DNA of 43,374 bases from Octopus bimaculoides (taxonomy: Eukaryota). The position numbers and the translations under genes are program-made. This document shows, in pieces, positions 14,371-25,764 of this stretch. The DNA lies in NCBI RefSeq assembly GCF_001194135.2, contig NC_068992.1, positions 21,730,029 to 21,773,402 on the forward strand, given 5' to 3'. The notes beneath the pieces were generated by a model. That model saw nothing but the letters and a program-made list of their open reading frames with translations, searched no databases and was not told the DNA's origin. Within the stretch, counting starts at the first letter, position 1; each line of letters opens with the position of its first letter.

Positions 14371-14614
14371 ACAAATACAGATAAATTCTAAAAATGAAAA
14401 TCCTTTAATTACACAACAACCAATTAAACAATAATCTTTACTTCAGCTTCATTGATTTGTCAAATCCTATCAAAGATTAGAAATTTTATTCCCACCCAAT
14501 GTTGTCTCAGTAAAATGGATGACAATATCAAAGAGAAAAGAAGAATAACTGAAAAATTGGATTGGTTATTTCCCTTTAGCTAAGCATTCAGATCTAAGAG
14601 AAAATACTCTGGAT

Positions 14615-14886
14615 CAGGGGTTTTCAAACTGTGGTCCGCGGACCACAGGGGGTCCGTAGACAGCAAATACTTTTTATGGGCAATTTGATTTTATATATGA
14701 TTTTAATCGAAATCTTTTAATTGACAATAAACCTATTTGTTAAATACTGTTAAATAAATAAATGTAAAAATATGTTATTTTAAGCAAATATTTATGTATA
14801 AATTTCATAAGCGTTTATAAAGGAGTCCCTAAGGTAAAGCCTGAAATATAAAGGGGTCCGCAAGTCAAAAAGTTTGAAAACCCCTG
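14615..14886. mobile_element. hAT-type MITE
   Basis: 16-bp TIR CAGGGGTTTTCAAACT and perfect 8-bp TSD CTCTGGAT (14607-14614, 14887-14894). Confidence 0.9.
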
Positions 14887-15889
14887 CTCTGGATAATCGT
14901 CACCAATGTCATTATTTTGTCCTTTTTCACCATGGACAGGTCTTTTCGAGCACAGCATCTCACCACTTGGTGCAATATTTTGTCATCTCCTTCATGGCAT
15001 TTTCACAATTTCTTCCTAAATCCTTCATACTTTTCTTCTGCAGGATCCTTCCACTTAGACAGCTCGACACTTCTTTCACCAATTGTCATCCCCCCATACA
15101 TATCCCATGCTCATAACATTGCCGTCTTCCCTCTTTCACACATCTAATGCCTCATATTCAGTTTTTGCTCGCAGCTTATTTGTGTCTTACATATGTATTG
15201 TTAGTGTGTATGAACACACTAACAATACATATGCAACAGAGCATGCTTGCTTCATTGCTTTCCAACCGTCACACGACTTCTGCATTCAATGTCTGTATTA
15301 CACTACCAAGTAACACCTTACTTTGTACACATATATCATACAAGCTGCTCTTCTCTCAGAAAGAGGATCCCTTTGCTGCCACCAGCAGGAGCTGCAGATC
15401 CCTGAACCCTTTTTTCATCTCATTCTTACTCTGGTTGCTATGCTTTTGGAACTTGCTCCTCCACTGCTGATTAGCTACCAGTCATAGAAACCCTGCTAAG
15501 GCAGACACAGGAACATCATGAAGTCCATGAGCCCATCGGGTTCTGTCAAACCTTCCAATACATGCTAGCATGAAACAAGGATTTTAAATGATGATAATGA
15601 TGATGCTCTTACCACTACACAAGTGCATCCTTCCTCAGTCAACCTGCCTGTAATCCTTCTGCACCTCATTTGCACCCGTTGTTTACATTGCTTACACAGT
15701 GTGGAAATCTTTTTCTGCAAACTGACCACAGCCACTTCACACAAATCAGCAGAATCTTAATTTCTTTCTAGCTGTAACTTTTTTCATTCTTTATTTTTTG
15801 TTTGGTTTACTTCAAGAATTTCTGATGGTATTGCCATATTTGGTGTTCCTTCTATTATAATTTGGTAGATTCAGTTGTGAGAACAAGGT

Positions 15890-16110
15890 CATCTACCTAC
15901 AGAATTTCCCTGAGAACTAGTGATAAAATCTTCTGTAACAACCACGAGAACTATGATGAACAGGGGGAAACTGAGTACAGGACTTTGATGAATCCTTATG
16001 GCAAGCTAGATTCTTCTCCTTCTTATCTCACATTTTGCTGGTCATTTGTTGCTGAGGTCATTGTAACACAACATCAAAATTCTTGATGTGTCTACAGCAT
16101 CCATGCACTT
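15890..16110 (-). mobile_element. Degenerate LINE reverse-transcriptase fragment
   Basis: IHQSPVLSFPLFIIVLVVVTEDF resembles the RT motif GVHQGSVLSPLLFIIVL. Stops are present. Confidence 0.55.
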
Positions 16111-16479
16111 CAGAACAGCCATTATGATATTACCCAACATATTCATTAAAGCTGGCAACCATAATATCAACGTTGTTGTCTTCTATTATCTATTGGGTTG
16201 TCCAGAAAGTTCATGCCGATTTATAGTAGCTTACCTTTCGATTTATTTACCATGAAACCACCTCAATTCTGGCAAGAGGGTATTTTCAAGTTAAGGAAGA
16301 AGAATAGTAAAGATATGACATTTTGTGGGAAGTTTTCCTCCAAATGATGATAGGATTTGATCACAGACTTAACCATGTCAGTTATTTAGTATACAAAATA
16401 CCATAGCATTTGCTATTTTAAGTACTTTTCACCTCATCTATTCTTCACATATTCTGCACTGTATTTATGTGATTAGTGG

Positions 16480-17125
16480 ATAAACTTGAGAAGTCTGCTG
16501 CAGAGACATCGAGCATGAGGCAATGGGCTGTATGCAATGTTTTGAGTGGTATAAGCACTTCAAAAGTGGAAGAACATCCCTGGAAGATGACCAATCTGGA
16601 AGACCTGCCACAAGCATCATCCCTGGAAATGTGGAACTGTGCATCTAGAATTCATCTCCCTGGGCCAGTCTGTCAATCAAGAGTTCTACTGCAATGTTTT
16701 GAAGTATTTTAGAGACGATGTTCAGCGAAAGAAACCAGGTCTATGGAGCCCAAAAAATTGGATTCTTCACCAAGCTCTCCTCACTCGTGAGTTTCTTGCC
16801 AGAAACATGGTATCCCTTCTGCACCCACCCTATTCACCAGATTTGGCACCAGCAGACTTCCATCCCTTTCCCTGAGATGAAAATGCAGCTCAAAGGTCGT
16901 CGTTTTAACACTGTTGTCAAGATCCAAAGCAAATCACAGACGATCCCCGACTTGCTTATGAAAAATAACTTCTGGGCTGGATTCCATAGGTGGCAGGGAC
17001 ACTGGGATACTGGGACTTTTGCTGCGCAAGGGGACTATTTCAAAAGAGATGATGCTAAAACTTAGGTAAATAAGTTATTTTTTTATCAAACATAACTAGT
17101 CCAGAAACCGTTTAATACCACCTTG
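16480..17125 (+). mobile_element. Mariner transposase remnant (frameshifted, internally deleted) with 3' TIR
   Basis: FEWYKHFKSGRTSLEDDQSGRP (HTH/linker region), HPPYSPDLAPADF (YSPDLAP at 16831-16851) and QGDYFKRD. Ends ...ATACCACCTTG|TA at 17125. Confidence 0.9.
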
Positions 17126-17216
17126 TATACATATTCTTATTCCAGAATACGATATGTTGATGAAAACTCAAATTATTTACATTTGACGGATATTTGTCCT
17201 CCTCTCGTTTGTTGTT

Positions 17217-17262
17217 AGCACAAATTTTCGGCTGATGTACCCTCCAGCCTTCATCAGGTGTC
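17217..17262 (-). ncRNA. Hammerhead copy in the left arm (stem III AAATTT instead of AACGTT)
   Basis: Minus strand reads GACAC-CTGATGA-A-GGCTG(gagggtacat)CAGCC-GAAAA-TTT-GTGCT. Core nucleotides are intact and stem III is still palindromic. Confidence 0.6.
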
Positions 17263-17516
17263 TTGGGGAAATTTCGAACCTGGGTTCTCATTCCTAAGGT
17301 ACTTGTCAATGTTATTATTATTATTATTATTACTACTACTACTACTATTATTCAGGTCACTGCCTGAGATTGAACTTGGAATCTTGGAGTTAGTAGCCCA
17401 CGCTCTTAACCATTATGCCATATGCCCGTGAGCATAATAATAATAACAACAACAACAACAATAATAACATCAAAAAATACCTTAGGAATGAGAACCCAGG
17501 TCTGAAATTTTCTCAA

Positions 17517-17562
17517 GACACCTGATGAAGGCTGAAGGGTATATCAGCCGAAACGTTGTGTT
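17517..17562 (+). ncRNA. Minimal type I hammerhead ribozyme with intact core
   Basis: GACAC-CTGATGA-A-GGCTGA(agggtata)TCAGCC-GAAAC-GTT-GTGTT. Stem I GACAC/GTGTT, 6-bp stem II, loopless palindromic stem III (AACGTT), predicted cleavage after GUU at 17557. Confidence 0.75.
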
Positions 17563-18223
17563 AACAACAAACAAGATGAGGACAAATATCTGTCAAATGT
17601 AAATAATGTACATAATTCCTCATTTCTTAAATATGTTGATGAAAACACAAATGTTCACAGTTATGTTTTAATTATAGAAAAAAAAATTATAAAAAAAAAA
17701 CATGTAGTGGATGGGCAGAATTGGTAAAATGAGAGAAAAAATCTTTTGTAGCATTTAGTTATGATTTTTTGACATTCGCAGTTCAAATTGGACCAGGGTG
17801 AACATTATCTTTCATCCATCCAGGGTCTACAAATTAAATAACCAGTCGAGTATTGCTGTTGATATGACTGCTTCAAAATTTATGTGACCCTGTGCCTATA
17901 TTACAAATCAATATAATTCTTTCTACCTATAGGCACAGTGCCTGAAAATTTGGTAGAAGGGGCTAGTCAGTTGCATTGACCCCAGTATTTAATTGGCATT
18001 TTATCAGCCTCAGAAGAATTTGAACTCACAATGTAAAGACAGACAAAACATCACTAAACATTTTGGCGAATGTATTAATGATTTTACCAGTTGGCCACTT
18101 TGCAAATTAATATAACAATCAAATCAGCTCCAATAATAACACGCTAATAAAAAGTAAGTTTCTTTGACAACTAAAACATGAATCCCTCACCAGCACCAAA
18201 TATTAAAGAATTTGCCAACATAC

Positions 18224-18324
18224 CTGATCTGTCTTGGAGATCTTCCAGTTTACATCCTCTGTCCATTACACGTGAAACATTGTCCTTCATAATATCAATA
18301 ACTTCTCCAACCTGGTTCTGCAAT
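18224..18324 (-). CDS. VAMP4: VAMP4 coding exon 4 (R-SNARE motif LQNQVGEVIDIMKDNVSRVMDRGCKLEDLQDRS)
   Basis: Acceptor atcatccAG, donor CAG|GTATGT, 101 nt. Synaptobrevin coiled coil with zero-layer Arg in VMDRG. Confidence 0.95.
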
Positions 18325-19440
18325 CTGGATGATAATTAAAAAACAAAAAAATGTGTCATACTTTGATGTTGAAATATATACAAGGAAGGAGGTCGGTTCA
18401 TATATGACAGATCAAAACCCCCTAGGGCTGATGCTCCAGCTTGGCTAAAATCCAATGATTGAAACCAGTGAAAGAATATATTCATACATACAGCTATAAA
18501 GAGCCCCTCAGGTCATCATCATTTAACATCCCTTTTCCCTGCTGGCATGGGTTAGACAGTTCAACAGAAACTGATGAAACAAATGGCTGCACTAACCTCC
18601 GAGTCTGATTTTAGCATGGTTTCAACAGCTGGATAACCTTCCTAATGTCAACCACTTTACAGAGTGTACTGGGCACATTTTGTGTCATGGCACCAACATT
18701 GGCAAGGTCACCATTTACTTTCAAGGCAAGACCCCTTGATTGATTGTGGTATAGTATCAAAGGAGATTGAAGTATGATAAAGAGACAGGGACAGGTGTCT
18801 TCCTGAAGAGATATTTGATGATTGTAATAATAATTAGACACACTGGCTGAAGGCAACAAATTGGTAGGGAAGCAGACATGACTATTGGGAAAAAGATATA
18901 CAAGATTATATGATTTGTTAACTAATTTATCAAGCCTTGAGAGATGAGGAGAGATAAAATCGATCTTCCTCTAAGACATTATACAGTACCATTAATAACC
19001 AATACTGTTTTCAAAACTAATGAGAGACTTTTAATCACTGGTGCATATTTCCTTTTGGTTTCACAGCAATTAGTAGAAAATTTAATACTTACAGCTGAAA
19101 TGATATCTCATTCTGGATGAACTAATTATGTTAAAACATACAGCAGGATGTCTACACACCTTTAACAAGGCAATATAATACCATATTAAGATCACTTTGC
19201 AGAGTAGTTGGTGTTAGGGAGAGTATCCAGTCATAAAAAAACCATGCCAAATCAGACAGCAAAGCATAGTAGAGTCTTCTGCCTGACTAGCTCCTATCAA
19301 ACCCATGCCAGCATGGAAAGCGGACGTTAAATGATGATGATGATTCACTCAAAAAGTTCAGTGCTTCTGTTATGACAATGATGCATTCTAGGTAACACTT
19401 AATAAGAATGTTTATAATCACAAACCTGAGATAACAAAAG

Positions 19441-19631
19441 TGACACGTAAAAGCACCCACTACACTCTCGGAGTGGTTGGCGTTAGGAAGGGCATCCAGC
19501 TGTAGAAACTCTGCCAAATCAGATTGGAGCCTGGTGTAGCCATCTGGTTTCACCAGTACTCAATCAAATCGTCCAACCCATGCTAGCATGGAAAGCGGAC
19601 GTTAAACGATGATGATGATGATGATGATGAT
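19441..19631 (+). mobile_element. Young RTE-type 3' tail ending in (GAT)n; representative of about 15 copies
   Basis: Closely similar copies at 25345-25535, 27150-27510, 30265-30602, 34167-34322, 9810-10255 and 8035-8160; minus-strand copies at 12130-12300, 18520-18700, 36792-36960 and 6090-6420. Confidence 0.8.
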
Positions 19632-20084
19632 TAAAGTAAACAAATGACATTAAAAAAATAGATTTTAACTTCAGAAACAAAATCAGAAATTTCTAGGTAG
19701 AGATTAGTCAATGAGATGACTCCTTTTAGGGTTCCAATTTCTGCCTTTTTTTTAATATTTTCCTGATGTCCATCAGGTCCTAAGGATGCTGGGCTGTAGT
19801 AGTAGGTTTGTACAGCAACAGATTGTGCCTTTTGATGACAAGAAACCGGCTTTATTTACACAACTAATGAATAAACTATATCTCAAATAAATACAAGATG
19901 GAATGCTTTTGACTGTAGATATATCTGATTGATCAAGAATCACCTGAGACTAAAGAATTGTGAGTTTGACAAGAATATGATGACAATTATGGTAATGGAG
20001 ACCACTTTAAAATATGATAAAAAGACATTTAATGATAAATGCTATTGTAATATTAATTACAATAATATATAAAAGGATAATTAC

Positions 20085-20129
20085 TTTCCAATCTTAGGGT
20101 CAGCAATCTTCTCGCCCATACGAGGACCT
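20085..20129 (-). CDS. VAMP4: VAMP4 coding exon 3 (GPRMGEKIADPKIGK)
   Basis: Long poly-T tract plus cAG acceptor, donor AAA|GTAATT, 45 nt, phase 2 to 2, joining exons 2 and 4 in frame. Corresponds to vertebrate RGPSGPRFGPRNDKIK. Confidence 0.85.
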
Positions 20130-20274
20130 CTGAAAAAAGTAAAAAAAAAAAAAAGCATCAGGTCAAGAAAAAAAAAATCAATATTGAATTAAGGGGAAGT
20201 AACTCTATATATAGCTTAAAATACGTGTACTTAGTTATCTTTCTTGGAAATACTAGGGGAAATAACTATGGTAT

Positions 20275-20566
20275 TTCGTTTTGGGATTTGGTTTGGAAGA
20301 TTCTTGAGTTCGTGTGGTGAAGCATATTCTGTTGTATGTGGGGAGAGTCATTCTCTTTTGGTGCCTTATAATCTAACACACTCACCAGTAAAATTTCTAC
20401 TTATTTTTTATTTATTTTTCTAAAATCTTCGTTGCGTCTTGCAACCTTTTCAATAGGTTGCAAGACGCAACGAAAATTTTAGAAAAATAAAAAAGAAATA
20501 AGTGGAAATTTTACTGGTGAGTGTGTTAAATTATAAGGCACCAAAAGAGAATTACTCTCCCCAGAC
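20275..20566. mobile_element. Inverted-dimer retro-insertion with 13-bp TSD (Penelope-like terminal fragment?)
   Basis: About 115-bp inverted arms (20336-20446 / 20455-20568) around a short spacer. Direct repeat ATAACTATGGTAT at 20262-20274 and 20567-20579. Confidence 0.7.
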
Positions 20567-22014
20567 ATAACTATGGTATGCCTACAAGAAATATTTTCAT
20601 CTATTTCGATTTATTTTTCATTTATTATGATATTGAAGAGGCGACAAAATTATTGTGAAACTAATGTAGTTAATAAAAACATCAGAACAATAAATAAAGG
20701 AAATTATACAAAGAAATTATAAAAGGTATGTGTACATAATTTAGATAAAATGGTAAACATAGGCAAAAATTCTACACATTTTAGGCGAAAGAAGAGTTAA
20801 TCATATCGACTTTTATGGCTCTCGGAATAAAGACAGGCAGCATCGACTGCTGCAGTAACTAAAAATAGAACGTAAATGACAAATATCACATACCACAGTC
20901 TTATGACTGTGGTATGTGATAAGAAGTAAATAGTGCAAGGGATGTAACTAGTCATTTCACGCACAAACTCTGTTGCTAACGATGTTGAGGATTCCAGTTG
21001 ATCCGATCAACGGAACAGCCTGCTCGTGAAATTAACGTGCAAGTGGCTGAGAGCTCCACAGACACGTGTACCCTTAACGTAGTCCTCGGGGATATTCAGC
21101 ATGACACAGTGTGACAAGGCTGACCCTTTGAATTACAGGCACAACAGAAACAGGAAGTAAGAGTGAGAGAAAGTTGCGGTGGAAGAGTACAGCAGGATTC
21201 GCCACCATCTCCTGCCGGAGCCTCGTGGAGCTTTAGGTGTTTTCGCTCAATAAACACTCACAACGCCCGGTCTGGGAATCGAAACCGCGATCCTATGACC
21301 ACGAATCCGCTACCCTAACCACTGGGCCATTGTACCTCTACAACGCACAAACAATACCTTATACGAGAAAAATTTAGGGAAGTGGATGCTTGTGTCTTGA
21401 GCCCTAAGGTTTTTCAAGCCGATTATTCAATTGGCATGGTGTATAAGAAACCGAGATTACAATATTCACCCGGGACGGAACACCCGTCCGTCGAAGGGTT
21501 AATCATCTACAGCTGAGTGGACTACAGCAACGTGAGGTTCTAGTCAAGAACACAACGCACATCTCGGCCCGGAAATCGAAACCGCGATCTAACGATCGTG
21601 AGTGCAACATTCCTAACCACTGGGCCACGCGCCTTCAAGACTCAATGTATCTAATTATTAATTAAGGCAGCAAACCAGCAGACTCGTTAGTCCACTGGGC
21701 AAAATGCTTAGATGCATTTCGTCCGTCTTTATGTTCTGAGTTCAAATCCCGTAGAAGCCAACTTTGCCTTTCATCTTTTTGGGGTCGGAGCACTGGGGCT
21801 CGATCTAACTGACCTATTCCTCCTCCGATATTGATGGCCTTGGGACCAATATTTGAAAGCAACATTTAATCATTAATAATGTTAGATTATTTATGTAAAA
21901 CTCCAACAGTTTTTTTTTAAACCAACAAAATGACCCATTATTTGTGAACAGGTGACAGATGGACGAAAATGATTGATACCATTACAAAGGTGGCTATAAT
22001 GGCTTTGTGGGGGG

Positions 22015-22060
<46 letters not shown>

Positions 22061-22793
22061 TTTAAATTTCTATCTTGTTTCCCACAATGCAACTGCTTCA
22101 GTTTCAACACATTGTCTCGGTTTTGTAATCCAATCTAACACATCAAAAATTGTAAATACACATCAACAGACAAAAACCACCTAGGATTTCTTTATTTGTT
22201 ACCGAGGCAATTAATGAAAGAGTAAAATTAGAAGAAAATTACAAAACACTTTGTATATTTTTTGTTTTGTTTTTTTTTAACCAAAGCTCTGGAGTCCATG
22301 CACAGTATCTTTGACTCCCACTTTGACTCCTCAGTTTATAGTAGCACTGGCTCTGACTTCTCCATTGTAATTAAACTAATCATATGGTCGTAAGGTTAAG
22401 AAGTTTGCTTTGTAACCATATCATTCAAGGTTCAGTCCTACTAAGTGGTACCTTAGACAAGAAGTGTCTTTGACTACAGGTCTGGGTCGACCAATGCCTT
22501 GAGTGAATTTGGTGGAATGATGGAAACTGGATGGAAGCTCACTATACACAGATTATGTGGTGGGGGTGCATTTGTCCCATCATCACTTGACAACCAGCGT
22601 TGGTTTGTTTGTGTTCCTGTAATTTCGTGGTTCAGCAAAAAAGAACAATACAATACCTACCACACTTAAAAATAATTACTGGGGTCAATTTGTTTGACTA
22701 AACCCTTCAAAGAAGTGCGCTAACATAGCCACAGTCCAATGACTAAAACGGATAAAAGATAAAAAGATATTTCCGATACTGATTGGAAATAAA

Positions 22794-22976
22794 TACATAG
22801 TTGGAGTGAGTACATTATAATATTATAATTTACATTGCTGGAGTGAGTACATTATAATATTATAATTTACATAGTTGAAGTGAGTACATTATAATATTAT
22901 AATTTATATAGTTGGAGTGAGTACATTATAATATTATAATTTACATAGTTGGAGAGAGTACATTATAATATAATTT
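22794..22976. repeat. 37-bp minisatellite, 5 copies
   Basis: Unit TACATAGTTGGAGTGAGTACATTATAATATTATAATT, containing the palindrome ATTATAATATTATAAT. Confidence 0.95.
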
Positions 22977-23194
22977 ACCAACTCCATCTCTGACTCCTGT
23001 ACCCCAATAATTGCTTTCAACTCTAACTCCAACGACTTAGTCCTTACATTAAATTTAAAAACAGGCATGAGAACAACAAAATGCAATGAGATGAAATAAG
23101 CACCAGTAGGAGGCAATGAATATCTTGGAGAGAAAAGATATACCAAAACAGAATTTTTATGAGAAACTTGAAAGAAGATTGCTGTTACAATATA

Positions 23195-23755
23195 CAAGTG
23201 TGAGTCAAAAAGTAATGCCATTTTGTTTAGGACAGGTATATATTACCAACACAGGAACATGTATCATACATCAAAATGAAGTTGGTCCTCTGTGGATCAC
23301 ATCCCTACTTCTTAACATAGTCACCGTTTCTCTCAATAGCAATGTTCCACCTTCGAATGAGAGCAGGTATCCCTGCCCCGTAAAATTCTGGTGACTGTTC
23401 TTTCAGCCACTTCTTCACTACAGTTTTCACTTCCTCATCACTAGAATTATTTAGCACTTCAGACTATCTTATCTCTTCAGCCTCATGAAAGAGGGTTTGA
23501 GAGGCAAACATTATTCCAGTGACGAAGAAGTGAAAACTGTAGTGAAGAAGTGGCTCAAAGGACAATTTTATGGGTCAGGGATACATGCTCTCGTTTGAAG
23601 GCGGAACATTACTATTGAGAGAAACAGTGACTATGTTGAGAAGTAGGGATGTGATCCACAGAGGACCAGCTTCATTTTGATGTATGATACGTGTTCCTGT
23701 GTTGGTAATTTTACCTGTCCTAAACAAAATGGCATTACTTTTTGACTCACCCTCG
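23195..23755. mobile_element. Fold-back mariner derivative made of two 3' ends in inverted orientation
   Basis: Arms of about 255 bp are reverse complements. Both carry the TIR (C(A/G)AG(T/G)GTGAGTCAAAAAGTAATGCC) and decayed transposase C-terminus (SSDEEVKTVVKKWLK...IERNSDYVEK). TA at both ends. Confidence 0.85.
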
Positions 23756-23807
23756 TAGATACACCGTGTGTATAAAATTAAAAGTGAAATGGGAATGAGG
23801 AACTTAC

Positions 23808-23857
23808 TTGAGAAAGAAGTCTTCATCATCGGAATCACCAGAATTCAGCAGAGAAAC
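23808..23857 (-). CDS. VAMP4: VAMP4 coding exon 2 (VSLLNSGDSDDEDFFLK; dileucine and acidic cluster)
   Basis: Acceptor ttttctgttaaAG, donor CAA|GTAAGT, 50 nt, phase 0 to 2. Matches vertebrate RNLLEDDSDEEEDFFL. E-L-V-S-L-L across the junction forms an ExxxLL motif. Confidence 0.93.
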
Positions 23858-23885
23858 CTTTAACAGAAAATTAAGAAAAAACGGA

Positions 23886-24357
23886 TTAACCCTTTTGTTA
23901 CCATATTTCTGTTGAAATGCTCTGTATTTCTTTCAATTAATTTTAAATACAACAAAGAGTTTAGTAAAATAACTTAGTTATCATTAAGCTAGTGTTGGGA
24001 ATATAAAGTGTGATAAAGTTTTGGTGGAAGATTTTATTTCAAAACTTATGAAAACAAGACCTTTGTACTACAGAGCCAGAGGCGGTTTCAGCCAGGCTGG
24101 TATCAAATTGGTTAAATTAATCATTTGTTAATCCTTTTGTTACCATTTTTCTCTTGAGCTGCTTTGTGTTTCTTTCAATAAATTTTAAATATAACAAAGA
24201 GTTTAATAAAATAACTTAGTTATCATTAAGCTAGTGTTGGGAACATAAATTGTGACAAAGGTTTGGTGGAAGATTTTAATTCAGAACTTATGAAAACAAG
24301 ACATTTGTAGAACAGAGCCAGAGGCAGTTTCAGCCGGGTTGGTATCAAAAGGCTTAA
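23886..24357 (+). mobile_element. Two tandem copies of a second TTAA-flanked (piggyBac-type) MITE
   Basis: 23886-24115 and 24128-24357 are similar to each other, start TTAA(C/T)CCTTTTGTTACC and end GGTATCAAA..GG.TTAA. An inverted copy lies at 27612-27840. Confidence 0.75.
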
Positions 24358-24676
24358 AGTGGAAAATAAGGATTTCATATTTAGGCACACGGCCAGCAAT
24401 TTCAGGGGAGGAGAATAGTTGATTACATCAATCCCAGTATAAAACTGGTACTTATTTTATCAACCCCAAAAGGATGAAAGGCAAAGTTGACCTTGGCGGA
24501 ATTTGAACTCAAAATATAAGTATGGATGAGATGCTGCTAAGCATTTTGCCCCGATACTCTAATGATTCTGCCAGTTCATCACCTTAAAGTGGAACATAAT
24601 ATAAATATTTAAGATTAGACTGTAAGGAAAAGAAGCACATTTGCATAAGTCTCTTGGACATCTCTTGCCCTTCATA

Positions 24677-24708
<32 letters not shown>

Positions 24709-25764
24709 NNNNNNNNNNTTACTTGTTTCAGTCATTTGACTGCAGCCATGCTGGAGCACTGCCTTTAGTCGAGCAAATCGACCGCTGGACTTATTCTTTG
24801 TAAGCCTAGTACTTATTCTATCAGTCTCTTTTGCCGAACCACTAAGTTATGGGGATGTAAACACACAAGAATCAGTTGTCAGGCGATGTTGGGGTGACAA
24901 ACACAGACACACAAACATATACACACACATACATATATACGACAGGCTTCTTTCGGTTTCCATTTACCAAATCCACTCACAAGGCTTTGGTCGGCCCGAG
25001 GCTGTAGTAGAAGACACTTACCCAAATTGCCAAGCAGTGGGACTGAACCCAGAACCANNNNNNNNNNNNNNNNNNNNNNNNNNNNNNNNNNNNNNNNNNN
25101 NNNNNNNNNNNNNNNNNNNNNNNNNTGCTGTCACAGATTTGGAAATTTTAAAATTAAATGAGTTTTCAAATTTCATATATTGATATTTTTTATGCTGAAT
25201 CCAAAGTTGGGATTCATTTAGTCCATAAAAAAATTTAGAAAAATGCTACAGTGGTTCAAAGTTTGTATGAACCTGAAAGTCTCCACCTTTTGCTTTCTCT
25301 CGTCTTGCATGTATACACATATACATATTTTGTATTTTGACAGGCCCTCGTACCGGTGGCATGTAAAAAGCACCCACTACACTCTCAGAGTGGTTGGCAT
25401 CAGGAAGAGCATCCAGTTATAGAAACTCTGCCAGATCAGATTGAAGCCAGGTGTAGCCATCTGGTTCGCCAGTCCCCAGTCAAATCGTCCAACCCATGCT
25501 AGCATGGAAAGCGGACGTTAAATGATGACGATGATAACCAAACTATTACATTTAATATGTCTAAATTTGTTTATCCACGTAATTGTGTCTATACTCTCTC
25601 AACTCGATCTCTCTTATAGCCTTTCTTTACCTTGTGGAAGTGATCCCCTGTAAACATATCAAAGTTTGTATCTTTTGAGTACCACTAAGTGTCGTCTATA
25701 TGGAGAATCTCTGGATCTCATCTGTGGACTTTAAGTAGGTATGTGTGTATGTATGTATGTATGT

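Larger units (their letters stand above)
17174..17630. mobile_element. Palindromic head-to-head dimer of a tRNA-headed, hammerhead-containing SINE-like element, with 22-bp TSD
   Basis: Left arm (-) and right arm (+) are reverse complements. Flanked by ATATGTTGATGAAAAC(T/A)CAAAT at 17152-17173 and 17631-17652. tRNA-like head at about 17342-17427 on (-). Confidence 0.85.

Noticed and set aside
22794-22976. CRISPR-like array (37-bp period), also 1578-1930
   Set aside because: These are head-to-tail units with no unique spacers and no cas genes, in a eukaryotic intron. They are ordinary minisatellites.
25631-25647. 17-nt micro-exon candidate on the minus strand (AG...GTAAAG)
   Set aside because: Weak pyrimidine tract, frame-disrupting length and no counterpart in VAMP4 proteins.
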